From NCBI GenBank assembly GCA_965279515.1, contig CBDIID010000003.1:1760001-1824000 (forward strand): a stretch of 64,000 bases of DNA, in the 5' to 3' direction. The position numbers were made by a program, and so were the translations under genes. The notes beneath the pieces are model-generated. The model ran no database searches. It was not told where the DNA came from and saw nothing but the letters and a program-made list of their open reading frames with translations. The first letter of the stretch is position 1, and each line of letters opens with the position of its first letter. Origin of the DNA: Turneriella sp. Lineage in GTDB: Bacteria > Spirochaetota > Leptospiria > Turneriellales > Turneriellaceae. Positions 39,538 to 49,333 of this stretch are shown here, in pieces.

Positions 39538-40605
39538 TCACTCACTCCGCGCACATCTGAATCCCGCGCGCCGGTCTTTCGCCAAACTTGGTATACCGCC
39601 CGCAAGGCGCGCATAACTTTTCGCCAGTTCCAGCGGCAACTCGTACGAACCGCCGCGGATTACCTTATAGCGTTTACCGAAACGTTCGTCACGACGCGTG
39701 TTGCCGCGGTAGGGCAAAAGCCAGCTCGACGTCCACTCCGCGGCGTTACCGCACATACCCGTAAGACCGAAGGCATTACCGTCCCTGAGTTTATCGACTT
39801 CGACGGGTACGGCGCCATTATCGCTGCTCACGCAGAGCTGTGATGCCTGCGCTTCCGGCACCGGAAAACTCTGCGCAGTCGAATACGTCTCATCCGCGGC
39901 GCTGACGATTTGTGTACCGCGAGCGGCCTTCTCCCACTCGAGTTCGGTCGGCAGCCGCTTGCCCGTCCAGGCGCAATAACCCTCGGCTTCGCGGTACGTC
40001 ATGTGCGTCAGCGGCAGGGCCGGGTTCATTTCAACCATACTGTCGGGAATTCTCTGCCGCGTCTCTTCGAGGTAACGTGTGTATTGGCCCACCGTCACTT
40101 CGTGCCGATCAATAAAAAAAGCAGCGACATCGATGCGGTTTCCCGGACGGCCTTCACGGTCGGCGGGGATAAAATGCAGTGCGGCAGTATCAGAGCTACC
40201 CAGGATAAACAGCCCCTCGGGAATGAACTGCATCGCGACCTTGTCGCGCAGGTTATACCCCACACCCGGCTCTTTAGCTGCCCGTGGCCGGTCGACGAGC
40301 GCACTGAACGAAGATTCTGCCGCCGAAAGCACGATACGGCGCCCGGCCGAAAGCGCGCGCCGCTTGCCTTCAAATGTAAAACTATAACGGATGCCCGAAT
40401 GTTTTTTCAGGTCTTTCGCCCACCCCATCATTTCACCAGCCTCGTTGAGCACGCGGTATTCGCGGTCAGCCGGCAGGCTTTCCTTTGCCTCAATCTCGGC
40501 CGTCTGCGTGACGGGATCAATGCGGTCGACGCGGGCAACGGTGCTGAACGATTTCGCGTTAAGGGTAAGGGTAAAAACAAGGCTGATAATCAGGGCGGAG
40601 CGCAC
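39538..40605 (-). CDS. Exported FGE-sulfatase (SUMF1/PvdO-like) domain protein
   Basis: Signal peptide; FFIDRHEVT, RLPTELEWEKAARG, GNAAEW, RGGS, GFRC. Confidence 0.88.
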   Translation of the reverse strand: MRSALIISLVFTLTLNAKSFSTVARVDRIDPVTQTAEIEAKESLPADREYRVLNEAGEMMGWAKDLKKHSGIRYSFTFEGKRRALSAGRRIVLSAAESSFSALVDRPRAAKEPGVGYNLRDKVAMQFIPEGLFILGSSDTAALHFIPADREGRPGNRIDVAAFFIDRHEVTVGQYTRYLEETRQRIPDSMVEMNPALPLTHMTYREAEGYCAWTGKRLPTELEWEKAARGTQIVSAADETYSTAQSFPVPEAQASQLCVSSDNGAVPVEVDKLRDGNAFGLTGMCGNAAEWTSSWLLPYRGNTRRDERFGKRYKVIRGGSYELPLELAKSYARLAGGIPSLAKDRRAGFRCARSE

Positions 40606-40641
40606 CCTTAATTATCGGCAATTTAGGCCCGGGGGTCGAGA

Positions 40642-41055
40642 TTAACACTTTAGGCCGTTTCCAAGCCGCAGGCGTACCCTGGTTCCGTGTAACGGCTTTG
40701 GGTAGGGATAGTCGCTGAGAAATTTAAGGAAATCCGCTTCCAGGCTCGTGGGAAATTCGCCCCCGCAGGCTTTCTTGCGGTTGATGCTCCCAATCTGCAC
40801 GGCACCCTGCTCATTCACCGCAAATGAAATATCCATAAAAAGTGAAGTACAGCTGGCGCAACTCAACGCGAGATGATGCTTCTTCAGAATTGCCGGAAAC
40901 CGGTGCCGCAGGAAACTGTCTTTGAGATCGCGCCACAACCGGCGTTCGCCTTGCGCTTTGGCATAATCGCTTTCATAGGGAGCTTGCGTGAGATCGGTTT
41001 CGACGCCGAGCAACGCCGTTGTTAAGAATAGAATCGCCGCGGCTTTCGCAGCCAT
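40642..41055 (-). CDS. Exported hypothetical protein with four Cys
   Basis: Signal peptide; CASC, KACG and terminal LKC; starts 1 nt after the argJ stop. Confidence 0.6.
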   Translation of the reverse strand: MAAKAAAILFLTTALLGVETDLTQAPYESDYAKAQGERRLWRDLKDSFLRHRFPAILKKHHLALSCASCTSLFMDISFAVNEQGAVQIGSINRKKACGGEFPTSLEADFLKFLSDYPYPKPLHGTRVRLRLGNGLKC

Positions 41056-41056
41056 T

Positions 41057-42241
41057 TCACGTCGTATAATACGCGTTGATCTTGACGTAGTCTTCGGTAT
41101 AGTCGCAGCCGAAGACGGTCCAGGCTTTTTTGCCGGTACCCATGGAAATTTCGAGGTGGAGCTCCTCGTTCTGCTTCAGGTATTTCGAGAGCGCGGCCAG
41201 CTGGTCGTTGGTGTAAGATTTACCCCCCCAGCGGATTTTGATCTTTTCAGGCACGACTTTAACTCCCGGCGTCTTGCCGACTGCCATGAAGATACGCCCC
41301 CAGTTGGGATCACCTTTGTAGATCGCGGTTTTCACCAGCGGCGAATTGATGATGCTCTTGCCGATTGCCTTTGCGTGGTTCTCATTCGTACAATCTTTCA
41401 CAGTAACCTTAAAGAGTTTTGTCGCGCCCTCGCCGTCCCGCGCCAGCATGCGCGTCAGGTCAAGGGCCGCCTCTTGCAGGGCCTTGGCAAAAGCCGTCTC
41501 AGCCACCTTGCCCGCAAGCCCGTTCGCCATAATCAGCACGGTATCGGAGGTTGAGGTATCGGTGTCGACCGAGAGCGAATTGAAACTCGGTTCGATAGCT
41601 GCCTTGAGCAAACGGCGCAGCGTTGAAATCGGCAGTTCTGCGTCAGTGAAAAAATACGAGAGCATTGTCGCCATATTGGGTTCGATCATCCCCGAACCCT
41701 TGGCGACACCCACGAGCGTCGCCTTGCCGATCTTTTTCACAACGAATTTCGGAAAGGTATCGGTCGTCATGATCGCTTCGGCAAAACCTTCGAAGTCGGC
41801 GGGGTTCTTCAGTTTCCGGTGAAACCCTTTGATTGCAGTAATAATTTTATCCACGGGAATTCTGCGGCCGATGACGCCGGTCGATGACGGGAACACACGC
41901 GTGGGAAGAAAACCTGCCTCGGCGGCGATCGCCTTGCAGATATTGAGACAATCCTCATAACCCTGTTTGCCAGTGGCGACATTCGAATTTTTGGAGTTCA
42001 CGACGACGGCGCTGATTCTGCCACCCTTGATGTGTTTCATGCCGACGAGCACGGGGTTGCCCTTCACCTGGTTTTTCGTAAACACGGCGGCGGCAGATGC
42101 CGGCACGTCGGAGACCACGATACCGAGATCGAGGGAAGCGTCTTTGATACCGGCGTTGGTAATAAACGTACGAAAACCTTTGGGTGCGCCGGTTAGCTTT
42201 TTCGATTTAAATGCGGCAGTGATGGTCTTATTTTCTGTCAT
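41057..42241 (-). CDS. argJ: Bifunctional ornithine acetyltransferase/N-acetylglutamate synthase
   Basis: STGVIG, IMTTDT, KGSGMIEPNMATML, DTSTSD, DGEGATK, DPNWGR. Confidence 0.96.
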   Translation of the reverse strand: MTENKTITAAFKSKKLTGAPKGFRTFITNAGIKDASLDLGIVVSDVPASAAAVFTKNQVKGNPVLVGMKHIKGGRISAVVVNSKNSNVATGKQGYEDCLNICKAIAAEAGFLPTRVFPSSTGVIGRRIPVDKIITAIKGFHRKLKNPADFEGFAEAIMTTDTFPKFVVKKIGKATLVGVAKGSGMIEPNMATMLSYFFTDAELPISTLRRLLKAAIEPSFNSLSVDTDTSTSDTVLIMANGLAGKVAETAFAKALQEAALDLTRMLARDGEGATKLFKVTVKDCTNENHAKAIGKSIINSPLVKTAIYKGDPNWGRIFMAVGKTPGVKVVPEKIKIRWGGKSYTNDQLAALSKYLKQNEELHLEISMGTGKKAWTVFGCDYTEDYVKINAYYTT

Positions 42242-42307
42242 ACGTTTTCCCCAAGGCTAGGCCCGAGGACAACTTCGACACTGGCTGAAAATCACAAACC
42301 CAATTAG

Positions 42308-42372
42308 CGGTTCACGCGAAGACGCACCCGCCTCGCTATCGCTCAGCGCCCCAGGGTGTGCGGCGTGAACCG
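42308..42372. repeat. Intergenic inverted repeat between yajQ and argJ
   Basis: Perfect 10-bp cggttcacgc/gcgtgaaccg plus inner gcaccc/gggtgt. Confidence 0.55.
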
Positions 42373-42384
42373 AAAACATCCTGT

Positions 42385-42876
42385 TTACCGGTAATTGGTA
42401 TACTGCAAGGGAATGGCGAGGTCAGCGCCGTTGAGGAGTTTCATGACTTCCTGCAGGTCGTCCTTCGACTTCGCGGTGACGCGCAGCTTCTCGCCTTCGA
42501 TCTGCGAGCGTACCTTGAGCTTCGAATCGCGGATCAGCACGTTGATTTTCTTAGCGTGTTCCTGCGCAATGCCGTTGATAAACAGGGCCTTTTGCCGCAC
42601 CGTGCCGCCGAACGCGGCTTCGATTTTCTGGTAGTCGACGGATTTCAGCGCAATACCGCGCTTAATCAGTTTCGAATCGATGACATCTTTGAGTTGTTTT
42701 AGCTTGCCTTCGTCGTCGGCGATCAGCGTCAGTTCTTTATTTTCGAACTTGATTTCGCATTTCGTGCCTTTGAAGTCGAAACGCGTGCTGATCTCGCGCT
42801 GCGCCTGGTCGATGGCGTTCGCGACTTCTTGCCAGTTCGTCTCGGAGACGACGTCGAAGGACGATTCAGATGCCAT
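42385..42876 (-). CDS. yajQ: YajQ family cyclic di-GMP-binding protein
   Basis: SFDVVS, RFDFKG, KLIKRG, LRVTAKSKDDLQ, LQYTNYR. Confidence 0.95.
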   Translation of the reverse strand: MASESSFDVVSETNWQEVANAIDQAQREISTRFDFKGTKCEIKFENKELTLIADDEGKLKQLKDVIDSKLIKRGIALKSVDYQKIEAAFGGTVRQKALFINGIAQEHAKKINVLIRDSKLKVRSQIEGEKLRVTAKSKDDLQEVMKLLNGADLAIPLQYTNYR

Positions 42877-43763
42877 TAAGCAGCGGCGTGTTTTGTCTTC
42901 GCGCCTTTCAGCGCCATACGTTCCAGACGCATTGATTTGCTGCGCAGTGATGGCACAAATGGTGCAATCAGGTATGTCTCGATAACGTACCAGCCCAGCG
43001 AGCGGCGGTTGAGCGAAGGATCAATCAGGTGAGCGATCTTGGCGTGAGCCGCGGGCAGCTGGCTCCAGTGCAGGCCCATCTGGTCGTGGTGAGCGGTGTG
43101 CAGGCCATTGTTCAGAAGGAACTTATTATAAAAACCGGTGAAGTTCCGTGAATGGTTGTACTGCGACTCTTCGTCGGTGTGCACGTGTTGGATATAGTTA
43201 ATGATCAGAACGAACTGTGTCGCCACAATCATCGGAATCGCGACATAAAGCCACGCCTTCCATGCGTTCAGGTAAAATGCACCGGCGATCCAGAGACCCC
43301 AGACAACATATTGTGAGATATAATAGAAGAAACGCACCTTGTTGGTACGCCAGTAGTGCTTAAGAAAGTTCTCCGTGGGCTTCTGTTGGTAGATGGCGCT
43401 GATGATCGGGAAGGTAATCATCGTGAAAAGGTTGTTCTTCTCTGACAGGCGCCAGGTGATCGTATAATCGCCTTCACGGTTATTGAGCTGGTGGTGGTTC
43501 ATGTTATGCGTGGGAATCCATGCATAGACGGGAAAACCATAGAACAGCGTCAGCCAGTAGTCGGTCAGCTTATTCATGAAATCGCTGCGCCACATCGGCA
43601 GGTGGTTATGGTTGTGCGCCATCGCAAAGCAGCTTGTCGCCATCAGAATCGAGGCCCCGAACAGGAACGGGTTGAACTCGGGCATGTTCCAGTTCGCGAT
43701 CAGCAAACCTGTCGTGATAATCATGTAGAAAACCGATAGAATATCCGCTTTGAATCTAAGCAT
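42876..43763 (-). CDS. Fatty acid desaturase family protein
   Basis: His boxes HNHNH, HNMNHH, HTAHH; TM segments. Confidence 0.88.
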   Translation of the reverse strand: MLRFKADILSVFYMIITTGLLIANWNMPEFNPFLFGASILMATSCFAMAHNHNHLPMWRSDFMNKLTDYWLTLFYGFPVYAWIPTHNMNHHQLNNREGDYTITWRLSEKNNLFTMITFPIISAIYQQKPTENFLKHYWRTNKVRFFYYISQYVVWGLWIAGAFYLNAWKAWLYVAIPMIVATQFVLIINYIQHVHTDEESQYNHSRNFTGFYNKFLLNNGLHTAHHDQMGLHWSQLPAAHAKIAHLIDPSLNRRSLGWYVIETYLIAPFVPSLRSKSMRLERMALKGAKTKHAAA

Positions 43764-43838
43764 AGTGCACTGCGTTATAAACAGATGTGCCGTCAAGTCC
43801 TTTGACAACCGAGTCTATAGTTAATAACCAATTATTAA

Positions 43839-44420
43839 CTATAGATCAGCGCGCTTGATCATGCGATAACTCCCCAATCCGGGCAAAAAAATGGTCTTTT
43901 TCGAGGCGATACTGAACCCCAGCCGCTCATAGAGGGCCCGCGCCTGATGGTTTCCGAGCTCGACGTCGAGAAAGGCATCACGCCGATCCAGCGCACAAAA
44001 ATGGCGGATTAACAACGAACCTATGCCCTTACCCCTGTCTTCCGCGGCGACACAGACGTTCTGGATATAAACGCCTGTCACATCGCTTTTATCCATAAAC
44101 GGTTTCAGAACCAGATATTTAAAGAAGAGAGTGATCTGGTCGAAGACCGGCAGTACCGCGCGGAAATCCGCCGCCTCGGCGTTTTCGTCAATCGTGCGGT
44201 GGTCATAACCGATGAGAATGCCACGCACGCGATCTTTTTCAACCTCGCACCAAATATGGCGGTGTGAGAACGAATTCCCGTCGCGCAAAACCAGATTTTT
44301 CAAAATGGGCAAAGCCTTCGCACGCGCACCAAAGAGAAACGGAAAAAGATACTTATCGGTATCGTAGATGAGGCCAGCGACCGTGTCAAGATCGGTCGCG
44401 ATGTCCATTTTGCGGATCAA
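43839..44420 (-). CDS. GNAT family N-acetyltransferase
   Basis: RGKGIGS, NHQARALYERLGF. Confidence 0.88.
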   Translation of the reverse strand: MIRKMDIATDLDTVAGLIYDTDKYLFPFLFGARAKALPILKNLVLRDGNSFSHRHIWCEVEKDRVRGILIGYDHRTIDENAEAADFRAVLPVFDQITLFFKYLVLKPFMDKSDVTGVYIQNVCVAAEDRGKGIGSLLIRHFCALDRRDAFLDVELGNHQARALYERLGFSIASKKTIFLPGLGSYRMIKRADL

Positions 44421-45589
44421 CGCAGTTCAATGCTGAGCATGAGACTCTGCTCGGCGATATTGCCGGCTATGCCATAGGGAGAACATTCGAATGCGAGATC
44501 ACGATCGCCCAGATAGCGCTCAACCACAAGCTTGCCGGCGATGAGCCGAGCGCTGTGCGCACCTTCAATTTCACCCGTGCGGTCGAGCGAGAGCACCGTA
44601 TACGTGCCGGGTGAAGAGGCATTCACCACGAAGCGCATATTCCCCGAACTTTTGAAATCCCCCTTTTGCGTCGCCTGGTAGGCAAAACTCTGTTTCAATG
44701 GAATTTTGCAGGAAGCCAGGGGAATGGCGTCTGTCGCCACAGCCGGCGTAACAGGAGCAGTCTCTTTCGCATAGGGCTCGAGCCGCTGCGCAAACTGCGG
44801 CGCTCCGGGCGCTCCCATCCATTTTTGCAGGATCTTGCCTTCGGGTGAAATGATAAAATAATAGGGGATGCCAAAACTGCCGCTGATTTCGGCTTTTGAG
44901 TACTCATTCTGCGGTACGCGGTAGGTTACAAAACGCGTCTTCAGCATCTTATTCACCGACGCATCGGGTAAGACCTTGCTTTCGAGATAGGCGCAGGCGC
45001 CGCAACTGCTGGGCTGAGAGATCAGGGCAAAGATATTGACCTTTTTCAGTTTTGCCGCATCGAGCGCGGCGGCGTGGCTATTTACCCACGGCAATGTCGC
45101 GTCAGGCAGATCACGCGTCTGCAGCTGCGGCCCCGCGATCGAAACCTTGAGTTGTTTTGTCACAGTCACCGGCATGTAGCAGATGCCCGCCTCACCTTCA
45201 GCGCAGATCTGCACACGTATTTGCAGCGGCACGGTCAGGGTTTTTCCGTCTGCGTTCATCGCGAGCTCTGAGAGCTCGAAAAGAAACATACCCTTATCAC
45301 GCAACACAAACTCATTCTCAACTTTGACGCCCGCCGGCCGCCGTGTTTCGCGCAGCTGAAAGCCGGTTTCGCCCGGCACGGAGAAATTTGTGAGTATCGC
45401 ATGGCCGTTCTTATTCGCATGTTTGAGATAAATGTGGTGGTTTTTCGGTACAACCGCCGTCAGGTAAAATTCAGCGGAGCGGCCTTTAGGCATCGAAACG
45501 GCGTCGGGTAAGTTAAATTGAATCTGTTCTGCAGGATGGTCTGATGCCGTAACTGCTGTCAGGAGTGCCAAAAAAATTAAGCTGCGCAT
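44417..45589 (-). CDS. Exported thioredoxin-family protein with DsbD-N-like domain
   Basis: Signal peptide; HHIY...QIC...ICYMP; CGAC thioredoxin motif; GIPYY. Confidence 0.72.
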   Translation of the reverse strand: MRSLIFLALLTAVTASDHPAEQIQFNLPDAVSMPKGRSAEFYLTAVVPKNHHIYLKHANKNGHAILTNFSVPGETGFQLRETRRPAGVKVENEFVLRDKGMFLFELSELAMNADGKTLTVPLQIRVQICAEGEAGICYMPVTVTKQLKVSIAGPQLQTRDLPDATLPWVNSHAAALDAAKLKKVNIFALISQPSSCGACAYLESKVLPDASVNKMLKTRFVTYRVPQNEYSKAEISGSFGIPYYFIISPEGKILQKWMGAPGAPQFAQRLEPYAKETAPVTPAVATDAIPLASCKIPLKQSFAYQATQKGDFKSSGNMRFVVNASSPGTYTVLSLDRTGEIEGAHSARLIAGKLVVERYLGDRDLAFECSPYGIAGNIAEQSLMLSIELR

Positions 45590-45660
45590 TCAGGTAAAAG
45601 CATCGGCTCCACAGCCCTGTAAATCAGTTTTTCCTGCGAGCGCGAAATGAATTCTGCCTT

Positions 45661-46299
45661 GTGAGCGCAGAAAATCATAACGGCTGGTACAACAAAGTAT
45701 TCAGTGCGGCATACGATCCGCTGATGGGCCTTGTCGAAAAGAATGCTCTCGCCGCGCGCCGGCAGGCATTGCTCTCTCCGCTGAAAGGCAAAATTCTCGA
45801 ACTGGGTTGCGGAACCGGCATCAACTTTGAATTTTACGGCGCCGGTGCGAATGTGCTGGCACTCGAACCTTCAGACTCGATGCGTGCACAGGCCGAAGAC
45901 CGCATCATTACCGGTGGCATCACCGCACGTGTTCGTGTTGTGCCGTGGCTACTCGAAGACGCGCGTCTGGCAGCCGCAGTGCCCGATGCGAGCCTGGACA
46001 CGGTCGTCTGCACGCTTGTGCTCTGTACCGTATCTGACCCGGTGGCAACTCTCACCCACTTGCGCCGCCTGCTCAAACCCGAAGGCAGGCTGATCGCACT
46101 GGAGCATGTGCGGGCGAAATCGGAAATCGGCGCGATGGCACAGAACTTCTTCAACCCCGTCTGGCGGCATCTCGCCGAAGGCTGCCAGTTAAACCGCGAT
46201 ACCCATGCCGCCATTCTCAGCGCGGGATTTTCAGCGCAGGAGAAATCTGACTTCGAATACGGGCTGCCCTTTATCAGCGGTATTTACGCACCCGCATAA
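45661..46299 (+). CDS. Class I SAM-dependent methyltransferase
   Basis: LELGCGTG, VLCTV, LEHV, GCQLNRD. Confidence 0.9.
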   Translation: MSAENHNGWYNKVFSAAYDPLMGLVEKNALAARRQALLSPLKGKILELGCGTGINFEFYGAGANVLALEPSDSMRAQAEDRIITGGITARVRVVPWLLEDARLAAAVPDASLDTVVCTLVLCTVSDPVATLTHLRRLLKPEGRLIALEHVRAKSEIGAMAQNFFNPVWRHLAEGCQLNRDTHAAILSAGFSAQEKSDFEYGLPFISGIYAPA

Positions 46300-46339
46300 T
46301 TCAGTTGCCGACGAGGCTGTGCTGTAATATGCTGCCGCT

Positions 46340-47029
46340 ATGAAAGTTATTCTCGTCACCGGCGCCAACCGCGGCATCGGCAAAGAAACGGTGCGCCAGC
46401 TGGCGCGCGCCGGGCATAAAACCATACTCACTGGCCGCCATGCGGATCATGTGCGCGATACACAAGACGCTCTCGCTGCCGAAGGTATCATCACCGATGC
46501 CTGCCCGCTCGACGTGCGCGACGACAATTCTGTCAAACACCTGGTTAAATTTGTCACCGACCGGTACGGCAAACTCGACGTGCTGGTGAATAATGCCGGT
46601 ATCTTTCTCGACGGCAAAGACAGCACCCGGGCCGACATCGAGGTAATCCGCGACACTTTTGACACCAACGTTCTGGGCCCTTACCGGCTCATCGAGGGCC
46701 TGTTGCCGCTGCTCAAGGAATCAGGTGATGCGCGCATCATCAATGTTTCCAGCGGCATGGGTGGCCTCACAGAGATGAACGGGGGTTATCCGGGGTACCG
46801 TATCTCGAAGACGGCCCTGAATGCCGTGACGAAGATTTTCGCCAACGACCTCGCCGCCGACAAGATCAGCGTCAATTCCATCTGCCCGGGTTGGGTTAAA
46901 ACCGACATGGGCGGCGAGCGGGCAACACGCGAAGTGGAGCAAGGTGCTGAGACGATCGTCTGGCTCGCGACCGCAGATAAGGTGCCGACTGGCAAATTTC
47001 TGCGCGATAAAAAAGAAATTCCCTGGTAG
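46340..47029 (+). CDS. SDR family oxidoreductase
   Basis: TGANRGIG, NNAG, YRISK, PGWVKTDMG. Confidence 0.93.
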   Translation: MKVILVTGANRGIGKETVRQLARAGHKTILTGRHADHVRDTQDALAAEGIITDACPLDVRDDNSVKHLVKFVTDRYGKLDVLVNNAGIFLDGKDSTRADIEVIRDTFDTNVLGPYRLIEGLLPLLKESGDARIINVSSGMGGLTEMNGGYPGYRISKTALNAVTKIFANDLAADKISVNSICPGWVKTDMGGERATREVEQGAETIVWLATADKVPTGKFLRDKKEIPW

Positions 47030-47032
47030 GTT

Positions 47033-48250
47033 TTAGCCGGCTTTTTTCGAAAACAATTCGATAATTCCCGCAACGGGTACGGGGCGTGAATAGAGATACC
47101 CCTGCCCGCGCGTGCAGCCGAGTTCGCGCAAAGCCTTGGCCTGCTCCTCTGTTTCAATACCCTCGGCGATCACGCCGATGTTCATGGCATTCGCCAGATC
47201 GATGATTGCCTTACAGATACTGCGGCTTTCTTTATTTTGCGGCAGGCCGCTGATAAAGGAGCGGTCGATCTTGAGCGAGGCAGGCTGAAACTGCTGCAGG
47301 TATAAGAGACTCGAATACCCGGTGCCGAAATCATCGAGCAAGACCGGGAAACCATGCTTCGCGCATTCTGCGATCCAGTCTTCCATTTTGCTGCGTAAGA
47401 AGAGATTTCTTTCGAGAATTTCGAGATGCACCTGCTGCGGATTAATGTTTTCCGTGCGCACAGTTTCGGCGAGGCCGGGCAGAAAATCTGAGTGTTCCAT
47501 CTGCCGGCGTGCAACATTGAAACTCATCGAGAGGTCAGAATGCGTGTGATTCTGAATTTGTTTTAACGCAGCCAACCCCTCGGCGACGACCCATCGCCCG
47601 ATCGGTAAGATCAGGTTTGTCGCCTCGGCAATTTCAATAAATTCCAGCGGTGACAGAAGCCCGCGCTTGGGGTTCTCCCAGCGGATGAGCGCTTCAAGGC
47701 TCACCATCGCCCCTGACTTCAAATCGATCACCGGCTGATAGTAGAGCCTGAAATGATCTTCTTTGATCGCGGTGCGCAGATCGGCTTCGAGGCGGGCCAT
47801 GCCCACCGCTTCGAGAATGCGCATCTGGTTAAAGGTCTCTGCGTCTTCGGTAATATCTTTTCGCGTGAAGGTGGAGTACTGGGTGCGCGCGCGTTTTACT
47901 TCCTGGCGGAAGTGTTTCATGACAACATAAAGCAGCATGCGCAAAATCGGATCAGCGTCGCTGAGGCGCGCGTCGACTTGCTGTTGCGTCACCAGCGTCA
48001 GCGTGGTACGCTTCGTCGCCAGCGCTGAGGCACTGCGGGGCTGGCGGTCGACGAGTGCCAGCTCGCCAAACAGGTTTCCAGGTGTAAGAATATTCAGCAC
48101 CTTGCGCTCGGCGCCGATATGCGTGAAAATCTCTACTTCACCGTCTTCAATAATATAGGCGTAATTGGAAATATCGCCTTCGGCGAAGATAACTTCGCCT
48201 TCAGCAAAGATGCGCGTGTCGACGTGTTGAATCATAGCGCGGGGGATCAT
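47033..48250 (-). CDS. cNMP-binding domain plus EAL phosphodiesterase
   Basis: FGELAL...PRSASA; LEALIRW; DDFGTGYSSL; AEGIE; QGY. Confidence 0.92.
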   Translation of the reverse strand: MIPRAMIQHVDTRIFAEGEVIFAEGDISNYAYIIEDGEVEIFTHIGAERKVLNILTPGNLFGELALVDRQPRSASALATKRTTLTLVTQQQVDARLSDADPILRMLLYVVMKHFRQEVKRARTQYSTFTRKDITEDAETFNQMRILEAVGMARLEADLRTAIKEDHFRLYYQPVIDLKSGAMVSLEALIRWENPKRGLLSPLEFIEIAEATNLILPIGRWVVAEGLAALKQIQNHTHSDLSMSFNVARRQMEHSDFLPGLAETVRTENINPQQVHLEILERNLFLRSKMEDWIAECAKHGFPVLLDDFGTGYSSLLYLQQFQPASLKIDRSFISGLPQNKESRSICKAIIDLANAMNIGVIAEGIETEEQAKALRELGCTRGQGYLYSRPVPVAGIIELFSKKAG

Positions 48251-48294
48251 TCGGCCGCATGGCGGAGCGATGTAAACCGGAATTAGGGAAAATC

Positions 48295-48329
48295 AAAAAA
48301 CCGGGAAAACGCCTTTGGCGTTTCCCGGT
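48295..48329 (-). terminator. Rho-independent terminator of the ECF operon
   Basis: accgggaaa(a)cgcc-ttt-ggcgtttcccggt; A-run 48295-48300 gives a U-tract on the minus strand. Confidence 0.75.
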
Positions 48330-48350
48330 AGAGTGCCGGAGTCATTAAAA

Positions 48351-48713
48351 TCAGGTCGCGGGTTTTGTGTCAGGGGTCTTTTCGTGGGTATAGGGGCAGC
48401 ATCCCCATGCTCCCCACGAGCCCCATTTCTCCATGAACTTATCACGCTCTTCGGGCGTCATACCTTCCATCTTCTTTTCCATCTTGTAGCGCCATTTCTG
48501 CGCATTCCAGCCGTGGCCATGCTTAAAGCCGCCACCCCGGAACAGGATATGGGATAGGATAATCAGCCCACAAGCCTGCCAGAAGTTGACATAGGGACCG
48601 TGGAAGAGCTCCGGTACGAGTTTGTTCCAGAGCAGCATGGTTAGCCCGCCGAAGGCGGCGATGAAGATCGGTGCCAAAACCAGGAATTTAAGAATCTTTT
48701 TTGCCTTGTGCAT
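48351..48713 (-). CDS. Small membrane protein downstream of ECF sigma
   Basis: 2 TM helices; LLWNKLVPELF, FWQA, MTPEERDKF. Confidence 0.75.
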   Translation of the reverse strand: MHKAKKILKFLVLAPIFIAAFGGLTMLLWNKLVPELFHGPYVNFWQACGLIILSHILFRGGGFKHGHGWNAQKWRYKMEKKMEGMTPEERDKFMEKWGSWGAWGCCPYTHEKTPDTKPAT

Positions 48714-48749
48714 AGTTGTTACCTCACTTTTCCGCTAACGCGGGTTTTA

Positions 48750-49256
48750 TTAATCATTAATATCCTCGAACAAATCATTCAGCCGCGCCCGCAAATACAT
48801 CACGGCATAGCGTTTGCGCGAGAGTAGCGTGTTGATACTCTCGCCGGTCTCCGCAGAAATCTCGCGGAATGTCTTGCCCGAAAGCTCGTTGAGCTCAAAC
48901 ACCTGGCGCTGCTCGGCAGGCAGCTCAGAAAGAGCCTGCTCGAACTTTTCCCAGAACGCCGCATTGCCCTGCGTCGCCGCCAGTTGCACCGCCTCGCTCG
49001 AGTCGAGGCTCGTGGCATGACGGCGCCGCCGGTAGAAATCCACAATTTTGTTGCGCGCAGCGCGGTAGAGCCACGCTGTCATATCTTCGATGCTCTCGAT
49101 GAGATTACCCTCAAGCAGGCGCGAAAAGATATCCTGTACGATATCTTCTGCGTCTTCCTCAGAATTGACACGGTTTTTGACGAAGGAGATTAATCCCTTC
49201 TTTTCGTTTGTAACCGTTTCTTCGAACCGCATCAGGGGCAAGGCCTCTGCATCCAT
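48750..49256 (-). CDS. ECF-type RNA polymerase sigma factor
   Basis: DAEDIVQD, WLYRAARNKIVD, LPAEQR, FREIS...INTLLSRKRYA. Confidence 0.92.
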   Translation of the reverse strand: MDAEALPLMRFEETVTNEKKGLISFVKNRVNSEEDAEDIVQDIFSRLLEGNLIESIEDMTAWLYRAARNKIVDFYRRRRHATSLDSSEAVQLAATQGNAAFWEKFEQALSELPAEQRQVFELNELSGKTFREISAETGESINTLLSRKRYAVMYLRARLNDLFEDIND

Positions 49257-49333
49257 ATGCCAGTATAGACGCAGGCTGAACCGGATTATTGTATTTTTTT
49301 CCTTTAACTTGACGCAGAGTCGATCGAACCTCC

